A DNA stretch of 64,000 bases. It comes from the human T2T-CHM13v2.0 reference genome, Homo sapiens. Where the stretch lies: the NCBI RefSeq assembly GCF_009914755.1, contig NC_060947.1; one strand, 5' to 3'. This document shows, in pieces, positions 1-18,111 of this stretch. The notes beneath the pieces are model-generated. The model searched no databases and was not told the origin of the DNA. It saw nothing but the letters and a program-made list of their open reading frames with translations. Position 1 is the first letter of the stretch. Each line of letters begins with the position of its first letter. Both the position numbers and the translations under genes were made by a program.

Positions 1-166
1 GGATTACAGGCATCCGCCACCATGCCCAGCTAATTTTTGTATTTTCAGTAGAGATGGGGTTTCACCATGTGGGCCAGGCTGGTCTCAAACTCCTGACCTC
101 AGGTGATCTGCCTGCCTCAGCCTCCCAAAGTGCTAGAATTACAGGCATGTGCCACCCCACCTGGCC
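1..166 (-). mobile_element. Alu (AluS-like), cut by window edge
   Basis: Reverse-complement Alu left arm and linker (ggattacagg...taatttttgtatttt...cctcccaaagtgct...ctggcc). Confidence 0.95.
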
Positions 167-1145
167 AGACATATTTTAAAAGTCATACATTCCATGTTTG
201 GTCTTCAAGACCTCCCAGTGTATAATACATGCAAAACAATGAACAGACACAGGATTGGCAAAGATTCACCTATGATCATCTCCCTCACTGCCTCACTGGG
301 AAATGTATTTTATTACAGATAACAGTCTCAGAAACCAGTTTTCGCTTGGACAAATCATTAATAGGTACCTAACAAATAACTGATTGTTCTTCCTGGCATA
401 TTGCCTAATTTAATACTTGCCCCCACATTTTGTCCCTTTCTGCACAGCAAAATACAATTTCTAAATGTGTAAATGATACAAAGTCAGTACTTTTAATAAG
501 ATGAATAGAAAGAGTCTCATATGCTGACTTATAATCTCTTGGCTCATTTTCAAAAGTTGACGTGTATATCTCAACCTCACTGCAATGCACGAATGCATGC
601 AAACTGTTCCCCTAGTTTAAAAAATCTTGGATTTTAAAAAATTGCTTGTTATACTAACTGCTTAATTTACTGAGTCTGATCAATGGCCCAGTTCAGGCCC
701 ACCACTCCCACACTTACTGGGGACAGCTGAGGCACAACCAGCCACACAATACTGAACTGAGCTGCTGCTGGGAGTCCAGGCTCAACCCTACAACAAGCTT
801 GCAAACTTCACATGTAAGTATAGTCTGTATAGCAAGGAAACTCTGGCCAGAGATGACATTTGATCCCACAGCTCATCAGGTCTATGTACGATATTTCACA
901 CACCACCCAATAGATGTAATGACAAGATAATATTAACAACAACCACTTTCCTGGATCACTCCCCTCCCCGCAACACACCACTCCAATACAACGGCCACAC
1001 ATTGCATTAATACCCCAAACCTATTCTCAATTTGTTAAATATGGTGCAAGCTCACAGTTAGGAGGATGCAAATCTAGTTGAGCCAAAGAGTCCCTGGAGC
1101 TCTGGGAGCCTAGGTGGAGGGTCACCTCAGAGCTTTCCAGTACCC

Positions 1146-1182
1146 GCAGCTGTGGCTCAGGCAGCTGTGGCTCAGGCAGCTG
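1146..1182. repeat. 15-bp tandem duplication (gcagctgtggctcag x2.5)
   Basis: Direct reading: units 1146-1160, 1161-1175, partial 1176-1182. Confidence 0.9.
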
Positions 1183-1989
1183 CAGCCAGGAACTAGTGAG
1201 GTGGGACAGCCAATGAGGGAGGTAGAAGTCAGCTGGCCCAGCTTGGGGAGGTGTATCTCTCAGCATCTCAGCTTTGGGACTCTGCCACCACCTCTTCCTA
1301 GCCCAAGCTGCTGCCTAAACCAGGCATGTTGAAGGGTGAACAGTGGCTGCCACAAGGCCAAGGCCAAGGCCAAGAGATTGCTGACACTCTCACTCCCTTG
1401 CCTGAGCCCCTAGGCCTGTGACAAGCCACACTGTCCTCCAGAACCCATCTAGCTCTAGGCAAAATGTCTTAGGCTTCTGACTGAGGAGTCCACCAGGGCA
1501 TGAGTAACAAAAGCCAGGATCTGGGCTTTCTAGAGGGCAGGGCCTCTTTCTTTCTAGTCCCCCAGCTTCTTCCTCTGCTTGAAGGTGACTGTTGCAAACA
1601 GACAGGTTGTTGCCCATAAGTTCTCAGCCAGTCTCCGGTAATTAGGTTTGAAAACATGAGGTAGAAGCTTCCCCTCACATTGATGTTGTCCCTGGGCTGG
1701 CTAGAGTCACCCTCTGGCAGGTGAACAGAAGCCAGCCCTTTTCTTGACTCCTGGCCAGTTGTGCCACACACCAAAACTCTTCAAAACCTACTCCCTCGAC
1801 CTCTGCTCCAGGAAGGGCAGGACCCAGAGTGGAAGTGGGGAGCACCACTGTCTTTTCACACCCTTTGAGTTTCTTCTGGCCACCATTCTTTCCTTCATCC
1901 ACACTCCCACTTGCCCTCCTGCACCCAGCTGGACTATAGACTTCAGAGTTCACAGGCAGGTTCACCCTGGGATCCTGCCTAGCAAGTCC

Positions 1990-2035
1990 AGGTCACGCTG
2001 ATTATTGTAAGAGATTACACTAATCAGCGTGACCT
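1990..2035. repeat. Inverted repeat, 21-bp arms, 1 mismatch, 4-nt loop GAGA
   Basis: aggtcacgctgattattgtaa-gaga-ttacactaatcagcgtgacct. Confidence 0.92.
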
Positions 2036-2124
2036 AGAAGCTCCTGGGTGGATCCGAGTAACAGATTTCCTCCTGGCCCAAAGGCCGGGCTTTTTTTTTT
2101 GTCTTCTTCACAGCTTTCAGGTGA

Positions 2125-2535
<411 letters not shown>

Positions 2536-2666
2536 GGCTTGTTCTGCTTCTAAACAAGCTGCCAATCCACGGGAAGCCCGAAAAACCCTGCTCACAGCAG
2601 GGATGGAGAACAGAGGAGCAATGCTGGCTGTGGAACACCCCCCTGCAGGGGGCTGGGCCAGGGCTA

Positions 2667-3205
<539 letters not shown>

Positions 3206-3278
3206 TCAGCAGGTTCAGCTTCTTGTCCTTGTACAGCACGCCAATGAACTTGAGCACATTGGGGTGGTCCAGGCTTCA

Positions 3279-4109
<831 letters not shown>

Positions 4110-4160
4110 TCACCTTATAGCTCACACAGGCAAAGCATTCTGGATGGTACTTGAACTCCC

Positions 4161-4554
4161 TATTAGCAGCAGCAAATCTGCATGGGTCTGCAGCAACCTC
4201 AATTCTTCCTCCTCAGAAGAAAGAATTCGACTGAGGGGCATAAGAGAGAGTGAGAGACCAAGGCAAGTTTCAGAGCAGGAATGAAAGTTTATTAAAAAGC
4301 TTTAGAGCAGGAATGAAAGGAAGTAAAGCACACTTGGAAGAGGGCCAAGCAGGAGACTTCAGAGATCAAGTGTGCAGTTTGACCTTTGACTTGGGGTTTT
4401 ACATGTTGGCATTCTTCTGGGGTCTGCATCTTGTCTCCCCTGATTCGTCCCTTGGGGTGGGCTGTCCGCATGCGCAGTGGGCTGCTAACACTTGGGAGGG
4501 GCTGCATGCACAGTGTGTTTACTGAAGTTGTGCACATGCTCACTTGAGGTGCTT
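4161..4554 (-). mobile_element. Truncated ERV1 LTR (MER4 group, MER50/51-like) inside the retrocopy LIM region
   Basis: Recognisable LTR end (tattagcagc..gggtctgcagcaacctcaattctt..cctcagaagaaagaattcgactgaggggc); minus-strand AATAAA (tttatt ~4288-4293). Subfamily uncertain. Confidence 0.7.
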
Positions 4555-4595
4555 TATGTGGTCCCCACAGCCCTGACACCTCCAGGCATCTTCAC

Positions 4596-4723
4596 CTTGG
4601 TCCTGGCATTACCACTAGTTGAGTGACCTGGACAACTTCATTTTCTTCCCTAAGCCCCAGTTTCTTCATATGTAAAATGAGGAGATTGTACATTATCTCA
4701 AAAGTCTCTCCTGGCTCTAGCAC
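4596..4723 (+). mobile_element. MIR fragment located at the LIMK2 exon1/exon2 junction of the retrocopy
   Basis: MIR core: gagtgacctggacaac...taagccccagtttcttcatatgtaaaatgagg. Confidence 0.8.
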
Positions 4724-5499
4724 CCACCAGTGCAGACATGGTCCCAGGAGCATAGAAACGGGGAGGAGGAAGCAGGGCCGCAGCAGCACCAATAAGCTCC
4801 CACCTCTGCCTAGGCGAGGGAGGACCTCAACCCCAGGCACGAATGGGCGGATTTTTAAATCTATGATTAATCTAGGATTCCTTTGAGTAAGACTTCAAAA
4901 AATAACTTTAATATTAGAAAAGGGTTTTGATTGTTTTCCTAATAAATGTGAAAGGAAAACATTAGATCATTTTTCATGGTTTGAGCTTTAATCTGATATT
5001 TAATTATGTTTCTGCTTTGCTACAATCAATGAAAGTATGTTGCTTTTGTTTTTGAAATCTTGACATCAACCCAGGATAAATGAATAAAATTTCAAAAAAT
5101 TAATTTGCTAACACAAAAGGCTTTAGTTATTTTACTTTTAAACGTAAAGTTACAGAATAGCCACCATTACATAATTCGAGCTTTAATAAACTCTAATAAG
5201 AAACATATCCTTGTTTAAAATATTAGAACATAATGGCTCTATGCACATTGATTTTCTTCTTTTCTATAACTGCTATGCATTTTGATTCAAAATTAGTTTT
5301 TACAGGATTTCTTTTATAAATTATTATCTTGGAGCCTATAAGTAACAAATTTCTTTTCTCTGATCATTCCATAAGCCAAAATATTTCAAACCAGATGTAC
5401 ATGTGAGTTGTGTGTGTATTCTTTATCCACTGACATTTCAAAATTCTATTTAATTATATCTTCATATTTTAAAAATCAGATGATTCAGGGGACTGATTC

Positions 5500-5793
5500 G
5501 ATAAGTTGTCTTACTTCCACTAGTGGAATACCATGCAACTGCAAATCCAAGGACTAAGAAGTTCTCTTAAGTTCCAATGTGGGAAGATGTCCAGGTAATA
5601 TTGTTGAGTGAAAAATCCAAGGCACTGAACAATGTGTGTGTATATTTATATATATAGAACACCACCTTTTGTAAAGAAAAGGTGGAAAATAAGAATAAAT
5701 ATTCATAGGAGTAAAACTTCTTGAGGAATAATGTTTCGTGTATTTTGCCTTTTGAACCAAGTAAATCAAAGAACTATTCAAAAATAACAATAA
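5500..5793 (+). mobile_element. Old L1M (L1ME/MC-like) 3' fragment, target of the L1HS insertion
   Basis: tagtggaataccatgca...gggaagatgtccaggtaatattgttgagtgaaaaa resembles old L1 3' ends. Confidence 0.5.
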
Positions 5794-6700
5794 GGGGGGG
5801 AGGAGCCAAGATGGCCGAATAGGAACAGCTCCGGTCTACAGCTCCCAGCGTGAGCGACGCAGAAGACGGTGATTTCTGCATTTCCATCTGAGGTACCGGG
5901 TTCATCTCACTAGGGAGTGCCAGACAGTGGGCGCAGGCGAGTGTGTGTGCGCACCGTGCGCGAGCCGAAGCAGGGCGAGGCATTGCCTCACCTGGGAAGC
6001 GCAAGGGGTCAGGGAGTTCCCTTTCCGAGTCAAAGAAAGGGGTGATGGACGCACCTGGAAAATCGGGTCACTCCCACCCGAATATTGCGCTTTTCAGACC
6101 GGCTTAAGAAACGGCGCACCACGAGACTATATCCCACACCTGGCTCGGAGGGTCCTACGCCCACGGAATCTCGCTGATTGCTAGCACAGCAGTCTGAGAT
6201 CAAACTGCAAGGCGGCAACGAGGCTGGGGGAGGGGCGCCCGCCATTGCCCAGGCTTGCTTAGGTAAACAAAGCAGCCGGGAAGCTCGAACTGGGTGGAGC
6301 CCACCACAGCTCAAGGAGGCCTGCCTGCCTCTGTAGGCTCCACCTCTGGGGGCAGGGCACAGACAAACAAAAAGACAGCAGTAACCTCTGCAGACTTAAG
6401 TGTCCCTGTCTGACAGCTTTGAAGAGAGCAGTGGTTCTCCCAGCACGCAGCTGGAGATCTGAGAACGGGCAGACTGCCTCCTCAAGTGGGTCCCTGACTC
6501 CTGACCCCCGAGCAGCCTAACTGGGAGGCACCCCCCAGCAGGGGCACACTGACACCTCACACGGCAGGGTATTCCAACAGACCTGCAGCTGAGGGTCCTG
6601 TCTGTTAGAAGGAAAACTAACAACCAGAAAGGACATCTACACCGAAAACCCATCTGTACATCACCATCATCAAAGACCAAAAGTAGATAAAACCACAAAG
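5794..6700 (+). promoter_or_regulatory. L1 5'UTR: CpG-rich internal sense promoter and antisense promoter
   Basis: Intact YY1 site AAGATGGCC 5808-5816; CpG-rich first ~500 bp; established L1 architecture. Confidence 0.9.
6030..6245 (-). CDS. ORF0: L1 ORF0 (71 aa, antisense)
   Basis: MAGAPPPASLPPCSLISDCCASNQRDSVGVGPSEPGVGYSLVVRRFLSRSEKRNIRVGVTRFSRCVHHPFL*; donor-like sites CAG|GTGTGG (6140/6139) and CAG|GTGCGT (6055/6054). Confidence 0.88.
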   Translation of the reverse strand: MAGAPPPASLPPCSLISDCCASNQRDSVGVGPSEPGVGYSLVVRRFLSRSEKRNIRVGVTRFSRCVHHPFL

Positions 6701-7717
6701 ATGGGGAAAAAACAGAACAGAAAAACTGGAAACTCTAAAACACAGAGCGCCTCTCCTCCTCCAAAGGAACGCAGTTCCTCACCAGCAACAGAACAAAGCT
6801 GGATGGAGAATGATTTTGACGAGCTGAGAGAAGAAGGCTTCAGACGATCAAATTACTCTGAGCTACGGGAGGACATTCAAACCAAAGGCAAAGAAGTTGA
6901 AAACTTTGAAAAAAATTTAGAAGAATGTATAACTAGAATAACCAATACAGAGAAGTGCTTAAAGGAGCTGATGGAGCTGAAAACCAAGGCTCGAGAACTA
7001 CGTGAAGAATGCAGAAGCCTCAGGAGCCGATGCGATCAACTGGAAGAAAGGGTATCAGCAATGGAAGATGAAATGAATGAAATGAAGCGAGAAGGGAAGT
7101 TTAGAGAAAAAAGAATAAAAAGAAATGAGCAAAGCCTCCAAGAAATATGGGACTATGTGAAAAGACCAAATCTACGTCTGATTGGTGTACCTGAAAGTGA
7201 TGTGGAGAATGGAACCAAGTTGGAAAACACTCTGCAGGATATTATCCAGGAGAACTTCCCCAATCTAGCAAGGCAGGCCAACGTTCAGATTCAGGAAATA
7301 CAGAGAACGCCACAAAGATACTCCTCGAGAAGAGCAACTCCAAGACACATAATTGTCAGATTCACCAAAGTTGAAATGAAGGAAAAAATGTTAAGGGCAG
7401 CCAGAGAGAAAGGTCGGGTTACCCTCAAAGGAAAGCCCATCAGACTAACAGCGGATCTCTCGGCAGAAACCCTACAAGCCAGAAGAGAGTGGGGGCCAAT
7501 ATTCAACATTCTTAAAGAAAAGAATTTTCAACCCAGAATTTCATATCCAGCCAAACTAAGCTTCATAAGTGAAGGAGAAATAAAATACTTTATAGACAAG
7601 CAAATGTTGAGAGATTTTGTCACCACCAGGCCTGCCCTAAAAGAGCTCCTGAAGGAAGCGCTAAACATGGAAAGGAACAACCAGTACCAGCCGCTGCAAA
7701 ATCATGCCAAAATGTAA
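6701..7717 (+). CDS. L1ORF1: L1 ORF1p RNA-binding/chaperone protein, 338 aa
   Basis: Intact; REKG, ARR and YPAKLS motifs present. Confidence 0.98.
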   Translation: MGKKQNRKTGNSKTQSASPPPKERSSSPATEQSWMENDFDELREEGFRRSNYSELREDIQTKGKEVENFEKNLEECITRITNTEKCLKELMELKTKARELREECRSLRSRCDQLEERVSAMEDEMNEMKREGKFREKRIKRNEQSLQEIWDYVKRPNLRLIGVPESDVENGTKLENTLQDIIQENFPNLARQANVQIQEIQRTPQRYSSRRATPRHIIVRFTKVEMKEKMLRAAREKGRVTLKGKPIRLTADLSAETLQARREWGPIFNILKEKNFQPRISYPAKLSFISEGEIKYFIDKQMLRDFVTTRPALKELLKEALNMERNNQYQPLQNHAKM

Positions 7718-7756
7718 AGACCATCGAGACTAGGAAGAAACTGCATCAACTAATGA

Positions 7757-11608
<3,852 letters not shown>

Positions 11609-11944
11609 ACAATGAGATCACATGGACACAGGAAGGGGAATATCACACTCTGGGGACTGTGGTGGGGTCGGGGGAGGGGGGAGGGATAGCATTGGGAGAT
11701 ATACCTAATGCTAGATGACACATTAGTGGGTGCAGCGCACCAGCATGGCACATGTATACATATGTAACTAACCTGCACAATGTGCACATGTACCCTAAAA
11801 CTTAGAGTATAATAAAAAAAAAAAAAAAAAAATAACAATAAAATGAGATAAAATCTACTAAAAATCAAGTGAAACAAGTTTTTGATCTGGTTAATAGAAC
11901 ATAAAATGATAATTAAAACATTAGCTAAAATTATGATTCAAATT

Positions 11945-12075
11945 CAAATTCAGGGATTTTTATTATGCTCACAAAGTTGTGCAACCGTCACACAAATTCC
12001 AGAACTTTTTCATCACCTCCAAAAGAAGCCCTGTGCTCATTAGCAATCACTCTCCATTCCCCTTTCCCCCAATCC
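11945..12075 (-). mobile_element. Old L1M 3'-end fragment
   Basis: cacaaagttgtgcaacc...ttccagaactttttcatcacc..aaaagaagccctgtgctcattagcaatcactc. Confidence 0.6.
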
Positions 12076-13214
12076 ACTATTTAATTTTTTGAAAAACAAG
12101 TTATAAAACACTCAAGCACAACATAAATTCCAAGCAAAACTCAAAACTGGTTTCTAAACAGCACTCATTATAGTAGCACCTGTGACCAATATCTCCAAGA
12201 AGTTGGGTTAGGGAAAGAAAACTGTCAAGGGAAGTGTAGGTGTGACTGCAGGGGTCAACTTTTGAGCTTTCCCAGAAGACTCTGGAGCAGGGGACAGCTG
12301 TCCAAATGAACTTTCTGGGGCACTCCCTGGTTCCTGCATCATGTCTTTCTAACAAACCCTTCCCTTCTATGCCCTCCTCTCTTAGTTTACTCAATTCCAT
12401 GTGGAGATTTATCTTTGTCCATCTTTCTTTCTATATGAGCCAGCCAGACATTAGGCTCCATATTACCCTCCAATCATTCCAGCAAACCTTATAGCTACCA
12501 GAAAGTTTTTAGTAACTATCACAGCTTTTAAGAGAAGTCAGTGTTGGAAGTCACTTCAAGGTCATCTGGTCAGTTGGCTCATTTTTACATATTTTATATA
12601 TGGGGAAAGCAAAACACAGAACATGGGCTCTACTTGGAGGCTCCATCAATATTTACAACACAGTGCCATTGGTCCTGTTTTAGAAAGACTCAAGATTCAA
12701 ACAGGCTTTCTTAAGTACCTCTTTCCAAAGTCCTGTTGTTCAGGAGGAGAGTTGGGCTATCCCCTGAGCACAGTAAGTTTTTATTTTGTGTCTGGTTGCT
12801 CTCAATAATAGGAAGAGTAGTTGGGCATCAGTGATGTCAGATACAATAATTATGGCTGCTAACCCTTTGTGAACCTAAAAGAGTGCTTGGTAAGTCCTAA
12901 AGGGAACTAGAAAAACTCACCAAAACCCTGAATGACCAAGGAAGACTGTCCAAAGACTTTCAGTGGTGAAACGGAATGCAAGTTTCAATATGTGCTATTA
13001 TTTTCAGTCAGCCTGAAGATGTCATGGATAAAATAGCAGACTATAAGTAACAACACCGGTGGCTATGTCTGTTGTCTCATTGATTTTCTGGTGGTTTTGT
13101 TGTGTAATAAATCAAGTCAAACGATTGAAAGTTATGTTTTTTGTGCATCTTCATATTTCAGATCAGGATAAACAACTATACTGTGATAAACTTTTGTACA
13201 AGGTTTAAATTTTC

Positions 13215-13790
13215 AATCAGGGTCCAGTCAGGAAAATGAAAATCAAATCAAGTACGTGAACAGAAAGAATTTAATCTAAGAAATTGGTTGAACAGGTATG
13301 GGAGTACTGAAGGGGCATAAAGGGCCACTGAGATAAGGTAGAAGCAGTAACTTCAAGAAGCAGCTACCACTCTTGGGCTGAAAGAACAAAGGGAAGAGTT
13401 TGGGGTTATCAGAGCCTAGGAGATCAGAGGAGAGGCCACATAGGAATGGGCTCCAGACTTCTGAAAAGGGGACACTGCTTGGCTGATGCTAGTGTATTTG
13501 AGGAGGTACAATGAGACTGGTTCTAGAGATATGAAAAACAAATCCTGGAAACGAACGAACTGCCACTGCCAGGCATAGAGACATCGCTGGGATGACACTG
13601 ACAGGAACAAGCAGGCAGTAAAGAGCAGGCCCCTTCTGCCTCCTCCAGCCTCGAAGTCTCCCTGCATCCCTGGTTTTGGTTGAACCTACTAGGGAGCCAA
13701 CTGGCAAAAGACTCTCAGCTCCAACATCCAAGAGGAGTGTGGAAGACTGGGATTGAGCTGAGATACAATAGCTTACTGATTGGCATACTT
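13215..13790. mobile_element. Ancient ERVL-type LTR
   Basis: atcagggtccagtcaggaaaa...aatttaat...aattggtt terminus typical of old ERVL LTRs; family uncertain. Confidence 0.45.
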
Positions 13791-13963
13791 CCTAATTTAA
13801 TAATAATCTATTTAAGTGCATGCTTCAGTATAAGAAAAATCCCCACATAGGAACAAATGTATGTGAATTTAAATAATAAAAACCTATCCACTTTTACAAC
13901 GAGAAGTTACATAGTTTATGTCTGACTATCCTAGATTCATGATTTCAGGGCTTCTATCAATTA

Positions 13964-14316
<353 letters not shown>

Positions 14317-14379
14317 TTAGGATCAACATCGATGAGATCTGTATTTACTGAATGCATACTTTAAAGTTGCATTCCTGGA

Positions 14380-14500
14380 CTCTACCCAAGAGATGCCAGT
14401 AGCAAGTCACATCCCCCAGTTGTGACAACTGAAAAATATCTCCAGACCTTGCCAAATGTAACCTGAGGGTTAAAAGTAACCCTGGTTGAGAAACACTGGC
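14380..14500 (+). mobile_element. MER20 fragment (hAT)
   Basis: ccagttgtgacaactgaaaaatatctccagaccttgccaaatgt...ggttgagaaacactg. Confidence 0.75.
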
Positions 14501-14810
14501 TACCAGCACTTGAGCACAAATGTTGATTCACTGTTTTTTTAATAATGATAAAGAATAACGAGAAATGGGTCTCTTATTCTTAGCATCCCTAATTGGAATG
14601 GCCTCTCTGTAAACTCGACATAAAATTTCTAACTAGTTTTCACATTTCTGTTGGCTTCATTTTGGAAAATAAGATTTCTCATTTTTGGGGAGACTATTCC
14701 TATATTTGGACTGGAGACTTTTAATCTGTGCTTGCAACTGAACAGAAAGGATTCCTGAATCTGAGTGTGTCGTGCTGCATTCCCAACATCAAAGCTCCGA
14801 CTACTGAGCT

Positions 14811-14843
14811 TTTTGTTTTGTTTTGTTTTGTTTTGTTTTGTTT
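14811..14843. repeat. (TTTTG)n microsatellite
   Basis: Direct reading. Confidence 0.9.
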
Positions 14844-15611
14844 TATGTTCCATACTATTTATCTTAGGCTTTTGTGGTCAAAAGCCAGAGTTCTAAGATA
14901 TCGGAATTGTAAAAGCCCTCAAGTTGGAATTTAGAAAATGGTAGGTGAAAGAAAATTTCTCTTAACAGTCAGTTCTTACACTCATTAGTAAAGGAACTAT
15001 TAAACACAAGTACTAAATAGGCAAGACATTTTTCTCAATTTTTTCCTCTATTTAGCCTATGAATATTTGAAATAGCTGTATCTAATGTTTGAAATGTTTC
15101 TTTCCCCCTTTTTCATATGCTTTCCAGAGAAAACCCAACAAAAATAAATACAGCATAATGAAAATGAACGCTTCCAAAGCACATTTGGTTAGGTGAACTA
15201 ATTAGTCATGTTTCGCTTACATTTGCTTAAGAAAGTCATTTATTCCACCAGAGCTATCCCATACAATTCATGAATACAGTCAATATAAACAGTCATAAAT
15301 AGTTCAATCAAGAGCATATCTGTTATCACTGATGTTGTCAAAACAGTTTCTGTCCAAAGAGATTTCATCTCTCTCCTCCAGTTCCTTTATCTACCTCCCT
15401 TGTAGTGCATAATACATGCTCGATTTGGAAAATTTACACAATAATTGAAATAGTAAAGAAGAAACAAATCTCATTACCTAGAGACAACATTTCAGTGTAT
15501 TTCATTATGGTATATTTTCTCTCCAATATTTTTATCAATGTATTCATTCATCAAAAAAGCATAGCTGTGAATTGGGATCATACTTTTAAGTTTTGTAGCT
15601 GAATTATTATC

Positions 15612-15903
<292 letters not shown>

Positions 15904-16196
15904 TTAATATTTTTTATTGAACATTATCTTGTGCATGTTTTCTCACAGGGCTAAATATTCTTCAGAAAGATATACTATTCTTAACTCATTTATGTTTGAG
16001 TAATATTTTGCTTGACTCAGTGTTTTTATAATTTTTCCTCTAAAAGTATTAGCATTCACAAAGTTGGGCTTCTTTGATGGTTTAATTCAGTGTTTCTGTG
16101 ATTTTCAATTAAATCTAAATTTACTCTAAAAAATGTCTCTAATTTTCTGTTTCCTAGATTCTTATCTTTATTTTCTGCATTACAAGCAAAGCTGAG

Positions 16197-16501
16197 GGCC
16201 TGGGATGGTGGCTCACGCCTGTAATCCCAGCACTTTGGGAGGTTGCGGGGGTCAGATCACCTGAGGTCACGAGTTCCAGACCAGTCTAGCCAACATGGTG
16301 AAACCACGTCTCTACTAAAAATACAAAAATTAGCTGGGCATGGTGGCATATGCCTGTAATCCCAGCTACTTAGGAGGTTGAGGCAGGAAAATTGCTTAAA
16401 CGTGGGAGGTGGAGGTTGCAGTGAGCTGAGATCTCACTACTGCACTCCAGCCTGGGTGACAGAGTGAGACTCCATCTCAAAAAAAAAAAAAAAAAAAAAA
16501 A
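16197..16501 (+). mobile_element. Alu (AluS)
   Basis: Full Alu, long A tail, TSD aagcaaagctgag 16184-16196 and 16502-16514. Confidence 0.95.
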
Positions 16502-16709
16502 AAGCAAAGCTGAGATTTATAAATTTGTAAAGCACTCCTTGCTGTGTAAAGCAGTTATCACAGTGCTTGGGCACATAGATTTCAATGAAAGCTAGTCAAT
16601 ATCATTCTTAGGATTTTCACGATTATTCTGCTTGAAACTTCAGCTTTGAGAATAAAGCAAACTTCATCAAAGGAGTATGTAGACATAGTTAATTTTCACG
16701 TGTTACTCC

Positions 16710-16938
16710 CAGTCAGGGTTTCTCAACCTTTGCAGGACTGAAATTTGGAACTGGACAATTCTTTATTGGGGGAATGACCTGTACATGGTAGGATGTTGAT
16801 CAATGTCACTGGTCTCTACTCATTAGAGTCTAGTAGCAGCCCCCAACCCCCAAAACAGTTGTCACAACGAAACTTATCTCCAGACATTGCCAACTGATCC
16901 CCAGGGGGGTAGAATTGCTCCATGTGGAGAACCTCTGC
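16710..16938 (+). mobile_element. MER20
   Basis: gggtttctcaacc...ggacaattcttt..gggg...ctccagacattgccaa...gagaacc. Confidence 0.75.
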
Positions 16939-18111
16939 AATAGGTAAATCTGTCAGAACCCACAGAATGTTCCTTTATAAAGACCACCTGCCATCTCTAA
17001 GCCTTCAGCATGAGTGTTTTATTCTTAAATCTCCATATGGCATGAAGTTGCCTTTTCTCCTGAGAAGTCTCTTAAGCTTCTTCCTGTTGTTCTTGAGATA
17101 CTAAAATGTGAATGGTGCCAGAACAAGTCACCAGAGACGTCTGAGCCAAAAAGATTTAACAAACAGACACACAGACAGATATTTGCCTAAAAGTCTGTGC
17201 ATTTGGAAATTAAAATATCCTTCTATTCTCATCCCAAAACCGGGTAGGACTGCATGATATTTGAATGATAAATGAAAAAGTGACCCAAGAAGAACACATT
17301 ACATCCTCTATCACCCTTAGCTTCTCCTTATTTGTGTAGTATAAAGACCATGGGTTACGGCATTATCAATAGCAATAGAAAATTAAGCAAAAAATTAGTT
17401 TTTCAAAAGGAAGTTACTAATATAACTGATATATCTGTACTACGTAAGGACTTTTTACTTCGTAGGAAATATGGTATATAATATCTGTCTATCCCTATAG
17501 CTTGTCCAAAGTTAGGATGATATAATATGTTTTTGCTTTCCTTCACGATTAGTTTAAAATCATATTGGAATTTAAAGGAGGATTTAGCAGAATATCAACT
17601 TCTGTGAGAAAATGATGAAAGGAAAAACAATTGGGTCTTTTGAATGAAACAGGTTGCTGCGGGTGGCTATAACAAGTAAACCACTTAAGTTCAATGGCTA
17701 AATTAAACAAGACAGGAGCTTAATTCTCACTTCCATAAAAAAACAATTTGAATATTTTCGGTCACTGGGCAGGCAGTTATCCTCCATGGAGTTCTGCTAT
17801 CCCCTAATGCCTCAAGTCCTCTGCCTCAGGAAAAGAGAATAGAAAAGGTACCAGTGTCTTTGAAGACTTAAACTGAACTGACAAACCTCAACTCTATCCA
17901 CACATCAGTGGTGAGAACTAGTCATGTGGTTACAACTGGAAGCAAAGGCAGCTGGAAAAGGTAATGCTGGGTGGGGCAGCTGCCTCACCATGACCACAGC
18001 ACATGATCGAAAGGGCAGACAATTATCAGTGGACAGATGGCATCCTGCATCTTGCCATCATGAATGAACCTTTATAACTCAAAATAATTTGAAAAAAAGA
18101 AACTTAGCCAT

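Noticed and set aside
621-645. Possible retrocopy TSD (ggattttaaa here vs ggatttttaaa at ~4849)
   Set aside because: Low complexity and not adjacent to a recognisable poly(A); cannot be supported.
1027-1332. ORFs with repeated QLPEP / QLWLR resembling a keratin-associated or novel small protein
   Set aside because: Caused by a 15-bp duplication within the LIMK2-derived 3'UTR; no coding support.
4596-4723. De novo intron gain in the retrocopy (insert reads GT...AG)
   Set aside because: No polypyrimidine tract before the AG and a poor donor; a cassette exon starting GT and ending AAG explains it more simply.
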